From: Bugula neritina
Taxonomy: Eukaryota; Animalia; Bryozoa
DNA length: 64,000 nucleotides
NCBI GenBank assembly: GCA_964035545.1
Contig: OZ037766.1
Span: forward strand, 9,538,722-9,602,721
Direction: 5' to 3'
Positions 25,301 through 38,357 of this stretch are shown here, one piece after another (within the stretch, counting starts at the first letter, position 1; each line of letters starts with the position of its first letter). A program made the position numbers and the translations under genes. The notes below the pieces were generated by a model. It did not search any database, had not been told where the DNA came from, and was given only the letters and a program-made list of their open reading frames with translations.

Positions 25301-28300
25301 TAGTTTACAGGTGTGAGTGAACAATAGCAATACAATAATACATCATAAATATTGTATATATTGAATCGCCTCTTATCACAGATAGGCTGAGTGTTTTTTT
25401 AAACAATTCAAAATGCAGCTTAATGTCTTTATTCAAGTTGAAAAATAGGCTCTTTTAATTTTCTCATGTTCAAAAGTTTAATCAATAGCAATTTTGACTA
25501 TTGGTATTTGTGATGTGCAACTTCACTTAGCAGTATACTTAGCCTGGGTTTCAAATTTTAACTCTCTGTATTGCAACACCTATGAATAAAATGCAGTAAA
25601 AGTGAGCCAAGATATATAATACTGATGACACTAAGCTAGGCCAAGCATCATCAAAACTAAGTGTTGATGCAAAATTGATTATAAAACCAACTTCTTTGGC
25701 ATTTAATCCTGAAGTTTTAGTTGACGGATTGCTAAGATATTTCTGGGTATTTTAATGCTGAATGAATGCAACTGGGAAACCCTGCTTTGTAGATCTTCGC
25801 TGCCTACACAAAGTTAGCATTATTATAAACCTTGTAAGATAACACTGGAAGATAAACTTGCATTAGTTTGATTAGCTTTCTTAAAGTATACAAACTTTCA
25901 GGTTTAATTTTTTTCAATTCAAGTATTGTATTTGGTTCTTCAGAATAATCAAACTATATGAAGATATGAAGGTTATTATACTATATGATGGTCTGTTTAA
26001 GGGCTGAAATGTTTGAAAAGAATTTCTGTTTGACAACATTTAGTAAATGTTGAAGGTGTTGTTGTGATATCTGGGGCCCTCGTTGCTGATGCAGCTATTG
26101 GAAATGTACAAGAGAAAACTATGAAGAAAAACGAAGTTCATAATAATGAAATGGTTTGTGTCTAACACAATTTACTAAATCTGTTACATCACATATCATA
26201 GATACTACACATCTGTATAATATGCACTAATTTTGAATACAAATGTAATATCTTCAGTAAGTTTACAGTAAAACCTACATGATAATATTTTCCTGGAATT
26301 GGTTTCATGTGAATTAAATATGAAAGCTGATAAAAAGGTATATAATTTGTAGATTCTATATTCCTACAGTCTTGGGTTTGTGTATATATTTCTGGGGTTA
26401 GTTGCAGCAGGACAGTTTCTACCAGCATTTAACTTCTTCTCCCAGGTATGTATGATATTACTATCAAGGTATTAGTTATGATAGCAATAGTAGTGCCAGT
26501 GTTACCAGCATCCATGACTATAGCATCACTAGTAACTCTAGTGTTTGTACTTATAGTAGTTGATAGCAATACTAATAGTGGCAGCAGTAGTAGTGTCAGC
26601 AGGGGTAGCAGCTATAACTTACAGTTAATAAAAATGAATTTATTGATAGAGTCGCTAATATAGCACCTTATAGTAATTGTTAACACTTTTGCTGATAAGT
26701 TATATCATACCAACAGCCCAGTGAATTATGTTGGAAGTATTTAATTTTTTTTTTATATTTTCAACATAGGAAACTTTTTTGATAATTAACTCAGCTTGTA
26801 ACATTATATATCAACCATTGTAAGCTAATTACATTTATGCTTTCTTTATATACATTACTCTATTTTATTCTTGCAAATTAAATATTTTACAAATTATAAT
26901 ATCATTTTCAACAATGCTTCTAGTCATTTTAATATAAAGCTTTAATAATATATAAAAGATAAATTTGCATAAGTTTTTATGTTTTATTCAACAATGTTTT
27001 ACTATTCATCATAAGAAGGACTAAATACAGCATATAATTTGATGTGATATTGTTTACCAAAAAATAGGCTATCATGCAGGTTTTCTTACTCTTATTCATA
27101 AAAGGATTATCTCGAGGAGCAAAGTTGGCTCTCTAAAATATAGAATGCAAGTTTTTAACCTGTGATAGTTGTTTAGTTCCTCCTATACTCTATCACTCAG
27201 CTCAATAGTACCATGACATCTTGTATACCATCATACATACACTACCTCAAACACCTTACTCTTCATAGATTTTCCAATTCCCTCCAATAGTAACTTATCT
27301 CAGATCTATTATAACCTCCAACAGAAATACAATTCTTCCAAACCTTTAACAATTGTTGAGGTTTGTTGATCAAAAATTTATCAGAGTGAATCAAGTTTAA
27401 ACCACCCTTTTGGCGACACACTCCGGTCACATACACATCATCTCTACTCAGATAATCTGTCTGATAAACTGCAGTCACCAGCTTATTCACTGCTTGTTTT
27501 GAGATCACATAAGCATTTCCAGTAGCATATGCGGGATAGTTAGATTGATCGTATAACTCTACTGGCACAAACTGTTCTGATGATGGATTTCTGTTTGGTT
27601 GACTCTCTTCCTGATGTCCTATTATGATTTCACCTGTTTCAGCTGCTATAGATGTATTTCGTATCATTCTATGCATGTTTTCTAAATTTAGAAGTGTGTC
27701 GCTGTGACATTTAATCAGAAAAGATGCATTTGTATACTGTGCAAACCATTTCATCATACTTACTGTCTTTAGTGTGAAATTCCTCTCCGATTCTAAGAAA
27801 TTAAATATTAATAAGTCATTTCTTGATAGGATTTCTTTAGTCAGCTCATCTGTAAAACTACTTCTTAAAGGAGGACTCCTTTGACCTAGTACAAACGTCA
27901 AGGATATGTTATAATCACTGAGTATCTTTCTGTTTGCCCAGGTTTGTCTAATGACTCGTCTAGTCAGCATTGCGTCTCTAGTATTTGAGCTGGGTATATA
28001 CAAGATTGTTTCAGCATGTGGCTTTATTATTGGACTATATAAAGCTCTATAGTTGAGTCTGTGATAACCTTTCATTTGATGTTCGTGTAACTCACTTATG
28101 AGCTCATCTGTTGCCTTCTTTCTTGTTTTTGGATTATATGTCGCATGGTTGAACTCCTCACTTTGTGTTTTGGTAGTTGGAACTCGTAAATTATACTCCA
28201 TACCTTTCATTGAAGCTACTGCTTTAAGTTCAGTGTTCTTTTTAAGTTTATTAATCAGCATTCCTGTTACTAGAATATATGCCAATAGACTTACCAACAG

Positions 28301-30008
28301 CAGCCCTACTAGCTTTTTCCGGTTCCTGGTAACAGCAAGCTGAATTGTTAATACAGTCCTACTTTTCATCCAACACAACCACATTGTATTCTATCAACTT
28401 CTACACTTGTTGTGTGGTAACTATGCATGTGCTGGTATGTCTAGTACAGTACAGTATAGAAACAGTGGTGAGCTGCACGACCATTTTATCATAGTGCTTA
28501 CTGCTGCTGTTAGTACGTTATCATCGTTGGATGTCAATATTTGCTTTGTGTATCTCTAACCAGCATACATTTGCATCTGTATGCTTATGTTATGGTGTGC
28601 TGGATGTTTAGGTTCCCTAGCTTTTTTGGTATCAACTTTTTCCAACAAAGTTCTAGTTTTGCTAGAAATAAACATGTATGTGATCGGGTCAAAAAACAAC
28701 AGTTTTCCATAAGCAATGGCTGAATAGTCTTAAGTAATAAGCATGTCTTAACTCTAAGTATAAAAATATTTTCTTCTCTTGCAGCATCCTGTACAGACAT
28801 ATGGATATGGAGTTGTGTTCTCAATCTCTGGATATTTAGGTGTCAATGCAGTCCTTTACCAAGTTAAAGCATTTGGCGCCTTAACAGCCGTCACAGGTAT
28901 ATTTTGTGATTTTCCTACTTTATAATGGTTACAATAGGAGATTGTTTGTGTCAGCACATTCCAACTGCATAGTTTGCATAGATTATTAAATGGTTTTTAA
29001 ATTATTTGTAAAAGTTTTATGAGGAACAAAAACAGCCATGATTTGGTGCTCTGCGGCTCCATTATTATACTATCTCTCTGCATACAATATCATGATAAAT
29101 TATTTTATAATAGCAGCCTATTTATGATTTTCTTAATGGTTGCTGCAGTTTTGTTCGTAAAAAGTGTAAATAAAGTTGGAAGAGGGAATTCAAAATGCAA
29201 TTTATGAACACTAAATACTAATTTACCAGAAATGTGGAGTAAATCATACAGCTTTCTTCTAAGCTGTAATGATGTTCTTGTTCTGGTTTATTTTGTAGTC
29301 ACTACATTCCGAAAGATGGTGTCTGTAATAGTCTCGTTTATTATGTTTTCAAAGCCATTTACAATCGGGTGAGTTACTTTTTAGTGGAGCTCTTGCATAC
29401 CATATTGGTGTTGACCATTATCAATTTTTGTTATTTGAAAATAGGAAAAACCCTTAATTAGATTTTAAAGTTTCCAATCATGCAATAATATCTGCTGCCT
29501 AATTTGTTGAATGTCAGTCAACTCTGAAGTAGAATTTTTCTATGACCATTTAAATCTGTTGAGGTGTACGTTAGGTTTTGTAAAAAAAGTGTATATGGTT
29601 TTTTACCTTTATAGAGTAAGATATGCTTCTTTTACGAAACTAGTTTACCATTATTAGCAACAATGTTCATTTTATGATCAAATATTTTATTAATGACAAC
29701 TAAATTTTCGTTTTGTTTGTCAGTGACTACCTTCAATGCTCAACAAAATACCCTTTCAGGATAAAACATTGACATGTGTGTGTCATAAGAATTAGAATCT
29801 ATTTTTTCAGTATTTGAAGTTGTGTCAGCTTCTCTGATGATTGTATATTTTCAGTTATATTTGGGGTGGATTAGTGGTTACATTTGGTATATACCTCAAT
29901 CTGTACAGCAATAATAAAGACTACATGCATTCACTACTCTATAGAATACTACAACATAGGATTAATAAGCAGAAGCAAGTCAAATTGGAGCATGGTGATA
30001 TAGTGTAG
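22359..30008 (+). CDS. SLC35B3: Adenosine 3'-phospho 5'-phosphosulfate (PAPS) transporter 2, ~345 aa
   Basis: 9 phase-consistent exons: 22359-22481, 23385-23509, 24122-24276, 24784-24891, 26056-26153, 26353-26445, 28785-28896, 29299-29368, 29855-30008. Signatures TMGLSN..GYLNYPTQVIFKCCKLIPV, ADAAIGNVQEK, TVTTFRK..SFIMFSKPFT. Confidence 0.93.
27263..28384 (-). CDS. Beta-1,3-galactosyltransferase-like (GT31) type II membrane protein, intronless CDS nested in a SLC35B3 intron
   Basis: 373-aa ORF; N-terminal TM (LVGLLLVSLLAYILVTGMLI); GT31 motifs RRVIRQTW, FVLG, NFTLKT, YPAYATGNAYVIS, DDVYVTG; DxD position reads KCHSD. Confidence 0.9.
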   Translation of the reverse strand: MWLCWMKSRTVLTIQLAVTRNRKKLVGLLLVSLLAYILVTGMLINKLKKNTELKAVASMKGMEYNLRVPTTKTQSEEFNHATYNPKTRKKATDELISELHEHQMKGYHRLNYRALYSPIIKPHAETILYIPSSNTRDAMLTRRVIRQTWANRKILSDYNISLTFVLGQRSPPLRSSFTDELTKEILSRNDLLIFNFLESERNFTLKTVSMMKWFAQYTNASFLIKCHSDTLLNLENMHRMIRNTSIAAETGEIIIGHQEESQPNRNPSSEQFVPVELYDQSNYPAYATGNAYVISKQAVNKLVTAVYQTDYLSRDDVYVTGVCRQKGGLNLIHSDKFLINKPQQLLKVWKNCISVGGYNRSEISYYWRELENL

Positions 30009-30973
30009 TGTTAGCTTGGTATGGCAACTCTTTTATTGAACTATATGCGGTTATTTATTTATTTATATATATTTAGTTGTTTGTATTTCAACTATAATGT
30101 CCACTTATTTAAAAATCTCACAGTTAGAAGTAGGTCTGATAATTATTTTTAGAATTACTGTCCTGGATAGAATGCTAACCGTTTTTTATTGCCATTGTTA
30201 CACCGTAACAAGTATTGCTACATAATCATTCCATTCAGTGATTTCAGTTTCATCACATATATAATTTTAATTTCAGAATATCTGTCCTGTGATACATATA
30301 CTAAACAATAATTTAATATTTTGGGGGACTACATTTGCTTTTGGTTTTGTAAATACACTCACAAGTATAACAATGCTCATTGTTTTTGCTCCATATCTGA
30401 GTTTTTTTGTCCTGCTATGCTTGCCAAAAAATACTCACAAATAACCTCTGATATAGATATTTATCCCAATAGTTCATTTGTCTATTTCATCGGTAATAAC
30501 TCTATAAGTAGCGCTATTGTTCTATCTATTCATCAAATGCATAATACTTACGTATATAATTTATGCATAGTATGATCACAGTTTTAAGGTTAAGGCTGTA
30601 TATTATTTTTCTTTATACTAATTTATTTGTTGTCTATAGAACTGATTTTCTAGCCAATTGCTCAACCAACACCCAAAAATATATATAATTGATTTTAATT
30701 TGTAGTAGGAAATGTTTATTAACAGCATTATGCCATTTCAAGATATTAAAAAGTTGTGATGATTTTCTCCAAGATTATTAAATGGTATACAAAAATCTAC
30801 TAATTTAAGAATGTAAATCCCAAATTTTAGCTCTATTCTATATAATAATCTCATAAAGCAAAATAAATAAACTATACTAACATGCAATAAATGTTTCGAG
30901 TTTCCTGTATTGTGTGTTTATGGGCTTCTCATTTAGTAGCTATCTTCTTTTTGAAAAACTGGCATTTTCTTCA

Positions 30974-33900
30974 TTAATACTGCAAAATATAATAAATGGT
31001 ACTAATAAAAATATATGTCTAATCCATGTTGCAAGCCTATGATGAAGTTGGTAAAATAAATAAATTTAGCTATAGTTAGTAGTTAAACCACATGTTAGAA
31101 GATAGAGATAAACTGTTATAGCTTCAGGCAAAGTTATTTTACCAACGAATAGTTTTCACATCTAATCAGGAAAATTTTAATTCTGATTAATTTATATAAA
31201 GAAAATAAAAAACTAAAACTTTATCAACAGCCCAACAAAAGTCTGAACATGGCGATGGCATGCAAGAGTGCAAGACATGTCCATGAGATATAATTGATTT
31301 ATAATTTTCTAACCCAATACTTACAACACTCTGCGCTCTTAGAGCTCGCTGTGATTTTATTCGTCGTAATTCAGCATCTGCTTCCATATTGTCTTTATCA
31401 ACGTAATATCTATCTATCATGGCACTCTGTTTTGCTAATGAATTTTGAGCCTCTTTTACTCTCATCTTTAAAGCAAGAGTAGCAGATGGGCTGGTGAGGT
31501 CTACTAATTCTTTAGCACACATTCTCTCCTGACATAGAAAACACCCAAAGCAGATGTTAGTGCTGCATGCTTGACGATATTTCACTATTAAAATTATTTT
31601 ATAAAGGAATTTAGAAGTGTTTACTTTGTGACTGCATCATTTCTGACAAGAAATCTGCAGTTAGCAAATTAGAAATTACTCAGTTATTAAAAAGTTAGCT
31701 GCAAAGGCCAGTTACATTGGATATTTTTCAAGTAAATTAACCCCCAATAAACTTTAAAGTTGAGTAAACTTCAGTGTCTAAAGTTGCCTATAATCCTTTT
31801 TTACTGTCCCTAAAACTAATATTTCGTTTTAATAGTACCTTCACGAATAATGGTCTAATCCGGACAAGAGTATAACATTGCAAGATAGAGAACTGATAAA
31901 TTGCATCAAAAATTCAATTCTATCATTATAATTTCGTGATTGAGTCTGCAGAAACGGTAGTAAAATATAAATCAGGTTAGCAAGAAGCTTAGCAGTAGCT
32001 CTTTTCTGATGTTACATCAGAAATACAAATTAGTTATGCATGCTTCTAGCGGATGATTAACTGACAGCAGAAAAAAATTTATTCAAAATTTCTAAAGCAC
32101 CATCATGCTACTAAAAATGGTACATTTGTGTGAAAGACGTTGCAAACTAGAAGTAATAATTGCACTATAATCAGATAAAGAGCTGTTTAACAAGAAATAC
32201 AACAAACATACAATTTTCAATAGCCTAATAATATTTTGACGACAAGGAAATATTGTGAAAACATGAATTGTTGCCTAGTGACAAGATTATGCAGCTGACT
32301 CACCTTCACCGATAGGATATCAGGCTTCTTGATAGTTATGTCCAGCGTATAATGACTTCTATCTGATGGTAGTCTGTAACGTCTAGTTGTGACATGTTTA
32401 GGAACAGGTCTAGATTTTACTGAGGTCTTGCTCACCTGATCATAAAACGATTGATGCTTAGAATACAACAGGTCGCACCAAGCACGTGTAAAATAAAAAT
32501 GAGTCTTGTTTTGTCAATAAGTGCACTACATGAGTTTTCAAACCTTGCAGTCACATTCCTTCAACTATTAAAGATCAAATTGACCAAGCTTACAGTAAAA
32601 GACAAATATACAGCAGTTACTTATCTATGAAGTCACAAACTATGCACAGCTTTAATTACTCATTTGAACTTTACTTCCTAAAAACTTGTGTTTTTAAATA
32701 AAACAATTTCCGTTATATAACTCAAATACTGTTAATGAGCTTATATCAGTTATTGGTTTGATGTTTCAACAGGCATTGTTTGACACTAGAGGTTTGGATC
32801 AGTTCTTGGTACAAAAATATTCAAAAAAATTGGGAGCAAAAACTGCAGCAAGGGTTTATGAGCTTTTAACAAAAACTAAAATGATGCCATCCTAAGTCAT
32901 CACCTCATTCAAATTAGCTATTTTATCAATGTAAAATAACTTACCTTAGAAATCTTAGCAGCAGGTAAACCTTTGTGATAGGTTTCAGAAGATGTTTTCA
33001 CAACAGTCGCTGGTCTAATCAAAGGAGGCAAATTTGAAACCTCAGCCTGCAGCCAAGAGAACAAAGGTACTTACGGTACAGGATATAGCGTACTAGAAGC
33101 AACAGGAGTTGTGCTCTCAATACAATAAACTTCAGTAGTTTATACCAATTACAGTAGAATAAAAGTAGTCCTTAATTAGATTTTAATAAAAGCACTTGAA
33201 ATGGTTGCTTTGTATTGTATATGTTTCATAACAACTCAGTTTATTACAAGATTGTGGCTTAAAATAATTACATACAATAAAGTCAGTGGAAAAATACATG
33301 GGAGCTGCATGTTACTTAATTTGATTTTTATTAGTGTTATTATTACTATTATAAAACCTACTCATTAAAAGAACTCCTTAAGCCCTCACTAGTAAATCTG
33401 ATAGTCCATTCATATGGCAAAAAATATATTCAACTGCTGTGAGCTTACAAAATATTACGGTTAAAATACAAAAAAAGAGAACTGTGAATGAGCTAATTAA
33501 ACTGAAGTTTACATAATTAAGTTGTTGCCTTGGCCAAATTGATGTGGCCCTAAATCTATGCAAGAGTCTATGTGAATGGTCTCCCATCTCTTACCAAGAC
33601 ACAAATCTTCATACAACACTGGTTAGTTAGTTAGTTTTAGCTTAGTTGGCAAACTGATATAAGAAAAACCAATGCAATGCTCTGCACAAGATACTGTGAA
33701 GTAATAAACAATGCAGCTTTTGCGTTACCTTTGCTTTAGCTTTAGCATGCAAAATACAAGCAGCAGCAGAAGGCAATATATCATGAAGTATTCTGGAAAC
33801 AGGCCAGTCAACTTCTTCTATTACAACAGAACTTGAAGATGGAGGAACAGAAGAGGCCCGAGCTCTATGTTGAGATTTTATAGATGAAGAGTGGCGTCTA

Positions 33901-36058
33901 TCAGGAACAATCTTCGCACATTTTGCTCTTCGCTAAATTATGCACAACAAGTACAACCACAAGATGCTACAACCAAATCAACTGTCATTCTTGTTTCTTT
34001 GTGACACAAATGTTAGCAGTTGAAGGTATCTTCACTTCTGCTAAAGATAATTTGAGTTGGAGCTAGTCAGGACTAAGGCAGTAATGATATCCAAACTTAT
34101 TTTTTGAGCACAAGCCCAATCAGAATAGTGTTAACACATTCTTATATTTCTATGAGCCAATAACCAAGTATATAAGTACATATGATTGTAAAATAAGATG
34201 CATCGAGTGTTTGCTATTACAGTTTAGGTAGCAACTAATTAATACCACCTGTCATTACCATCAATATAGGAGTTTAGATCTTTCAACAGATAATATTACT
34301 AATAACAGTGATAGCAGCTATGTAAGAGAAGGGCAAAGCATGACGGCGTGTAGGATGTGTAATGCAAGGAAGAACACTGTGGTGTGCATGTACATGTAAG
34401 GAGCTAGCACATACAGGAAGAATATAAAAAGAGACATGACTGTGTGGCTTCGATTCATTGAGACTTGTTTAGAGTCCACAGAGTTCAGAAGAGCAAGAAC
34501 TAGTTTAGCCACAGAGTCAGATACGCCATGTGATGCTTTTCAATAGATCTATTAATTTTCTATATTAACTAAGCAACAAAAATTGCCATGTTTGAAACAC
34601 GGTGACCCCATATTTCTTTTATTTTATTATTGTTATATAAATGAAATTCACAAATCCCATCACAGCAGCCAGTTCGATCAACATAAAACTAGCAGGCAGC
34701 ATTCTAAAACTATACATAGCCCAGGTTTAAAAGATATTTCAATACAGAACTACATGCATTAGTTTCAGCCTTTGCACACATAATAATTTATGGTTAACCA
34801 TTATTTATATCTAATTCTACAAAATTGGGATATGAAAGTGTGTAGACCAGAATCTCTCTTTAGTATATCTGGTTCTACTAACTTTTACCACTCTTTGCCC
34901 CTTCATTATTAGAAATAACCATAAAAGTAAACAAAGCCAAGGTCATGCTATAGGACTAGGTCTACTGCATGCACACAACTCCATCAGCTCACCATAGTCC
35001 TCTCAACATCTTGCATCACAGCAGTATCCCTCTTCAGTGATGCCGAGACTATATCATCAGCATCGTCAAAAGTGGCATCAGCAATTTTATAAGCGCTATA
35101 GCTGTCTCTCCCAAATCCAGGGAGAAATGACTCCCCATACGCTTGTTCTAGATTGAGAAATATTAAAAATCTGAAATGGCTATTTCTAGTTCATTTATTA
35201 TTAAGTAAAACAATATATAGTGAAACTAGTAATCAAAATGTTAGAGTACAAAGAAGTAACAAGTTGTAGGCAACATGTTAGATGAAGAATTATTAATCAA
35301 ATAAAATTGTAGCCTTAGAGTACATGATTCCAAAAAACATAAATTGATTTTATTATAATTGTTTTTAAAAAAAAAAACAGTTTACTTGTATTAAATTCCT
35401 GTAAAACTTTTATAATAGAGTTAGCTGTATTAGTCTAAATGACCTATATTGGACTAGTTGTTATATAATAAGTATATGATAAAGACAGATTGTTCTGAAT
35501 TTAATTGAGAATAGAGGAAATTATACTATTTTCAGCTCTACTTGAATCATTCTTTTTTGAGCTGCAAGATTAATTAATTTTAGTAACTAATGTAAATGCA
35601 AGAGGGCTTGTGCCAGCTGACAAGTAGAGTACAGAAAACAGTTTCAGGTACTGCATTTTTTTTCATAACTGGTTTATACTAACTATTCTTCAAATATAGC
35701 ATGATCTGTTTGTTTAATTGCTCATTTCTATTGAATTTAAATTATTATTTAGCTCATTTCATAATACGAGTGTGAAAGGTACAGATTTCATTAAATTCTC
35801 ACCATACAGTTCAGGTCGAAAGTTCACGCTGGAAGAATATCCTTTGCTGAGTCTAGTACCGAACTGGCGAGAAGGATAGAGCGGGTCAAAATACTTGGTG
35901 GAAGACGAGGCTAGAGATGGTTTACAAGACACTCTGACTGCTGTGGTGGTGTTCGGCTTCTTTGGCTGAGTTGTGGAAATCCCGTAGTACTTTCCATGAG
36001 GTGGACAGTACGACGGCATCCGTTTGACTTTGGTAGCACTCTGGTATACACCAGGAGG
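30974..36058 (-). CDS. Uncharacterised basic Ser/Pro/Arg-rich protein (~340-350 aa); start uncertain (ATG at 36019 or an upstream exon)
   Basis: Phase-consistent GT-AG exons: 36058-35803, 35147-34993, 33932-33729, 33046-32945, 32435-32304, 31528-31325, 30979-30974 (TAT TAA); contains RARASSVPP and RALRAQSV; no domain recognised. Confidence 0.75.
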
Positions 36059-38357
36059 CTAACATGTAATCATACAAATTAATTTAGAATTAAATATTTT
36101 TTTGAGCAAAATGAAAATTTATCAGCTTGAAGAGGTAAGTGCAGTAATTGAGAAATTGAAAAAAAGCATATGTTCTAAACTAGAAATATAGCAAAAAAGT
36201 TATTTTCTCTCCAAAATTTTAGCCTGCACCCTATAAACCAAAATTTATTAATAAAATTGAAAAACTTGGGTTATCAAATTTTTCTACTACTGCACCTAAA
36301 TGAGCCTGCATATCCGCATCAGCAACTATTTGGTAAAGAAATAAGTAACAACGAATGGTTAACTAGACAACACTAAGTTCCTCTAGTAAAATCAACTATC
36401 GCTAAAACTCTCAACAAAGAGCTATATTCCAACAACGTCTTTAAAAAATTATTCATTTATGCAAACTTTATGTTTAGATTTTAGTTCATGATATATCGGC
36501 TACACATTACACATGACTAGTTACAGTCCTTATTTTAAACACCTCTTATAACAGAAAAACAGAACGAGTAAATGTCAGGTAATCAGGCTAGAGTCCTTTC
36601 TACAATTTTATATATTTAAGTCAGTATAAGATGAAAACAAAACATTATGTTATATAATGTATAATTATATAATATATGAATTTCTTATCAACAGTCTGTA
36701 CTACAAATTTAAAACCGTGAAATATACTATTAACTAAGCAAGGCTTAATATAAGTTATCCAAATTTACGCCAAAAAAGATTAATGTTGACAAAATAAAAT
36801 AAATGGTTCTTTTCTTCCATTTTATCAATTGTAACTAAGTATTGGCTTTATCCAAATACCAAAAAAAATTGTTTGTATTTTATGGTCTATTCATTACATC
36901 ACATGATCTACATGTACTAAATTATGTTTGATCAAGTTTAAGGTAAAGAACCCAGATTAATTAGAAGAATAAACTGATTAGTCTAAACTCTAGAATCTAT
37001 AATAACTGCAAGCTTGAAGGCAAGAAACAATTTAATGGAGTAGCCTCATCAAAAAGTACAGCAAACATTTTTTTGGCAATAATGCTTTGCTCAAAATGTT
37101 TACTGCCATATATATATAGATATATCTTCTAATTTTGTAAAATTTTGTTACAAATTTCTGCTATACACCCGAGTATATGGGTGCGCATATATAAGTTTAT
37201 ATAAGAGTACAAACCACAGAGCTAGCCCTATATCCTTTGTACATGATGAATGTAATCCGAGCTACTACTCAGTACAGCAACTCATTCTCTCACTCAGCTC
37301 TACAGCACTAAAGCTGTAATAGGATAATTAATAATTAGTATATTTTTTCAAGTACCTTAAACTACAATTAGCACATAACTGCAGCATAGTTTTCCAATAC
37401 AGATATGCTACACTAAGAAATAACCTGATACTAAATAAAGGTCAACTGGATACCAAGTCTAGTTAGCGGGAATAGGGGGCTATTGTAGACCCTCCCTAGC
37501 ACTGGCTTTGCACTGGTGATAAAGCTGTCTAGTAAACAACGCCTTTAATGCAATACTTGTTTTATTATTATAGTTTAGGTTGCGTTGGCTTAAGTTGTTT
37601 AAATTGAAGCTACCACGCATTTTCATCTTAGACAGACTCATGCTAATCATCATCTGGCTTAAGCAAATAAATTCAAGTAAAAATACCAGCTTAGAATATT
37701 ATAATTTGTCATATAAATAAGTGTAGAGTTACAAAATAAAAATTAAATAGCAATTAGTTATGAAACTTGTATGTTATACAATTTTTAGAATACGTCAACT
37801 AAATCAGATAAATATAATTTGGTAGATAGAAGGATCATACCAAACCAGAACAAATGTCTACCAGTTATTGAATCATTAGAGTTGTATCAACATATTACAT
37901 AAAATTAAATAATTCTGATAATTCTATCATGCATACTTGTTACTTGTTACGTAGAGTAGCCCATATTAAAAGAGCTAGTATGTGAGCAGCAGCAACAAAA
38001 TATTCCGAGAAATAAATTACTGCATTCCATCCTTAATTGCAGGCAGAATTACTCTGCAATTATGACCTCTCCATAAAAGGTAAGACATATAAAACAATAA
38101 CAAAGATAAGAGCAGAGATATGGCTTATAATTATATTATAACTGTACAGCCTTAAATTCATAACACGTGTAATAAGTGAGTAGGCACTGTAGTGATATCA
38201 TGTTGAAATGTCTATATATCATACTGAGTCTGCCCTTCGCATATAAGACATGTATAGCAGTACAATAAACAGTGTGTCTTGAAAGACTAAACAGTTAGAA
38301 TATATATAATAAGTACGAGAGAGAACTATCCAATAGAATGTGTACCAAATTTTCCAA

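Noticed and set aside
33047-33117. Extra mini-exon upstream of the 33046 acceptor (GTAAGT at 33074)
   Set aside because: Would need a 28-nt intron and a weak acceptor; read-through hits a stop
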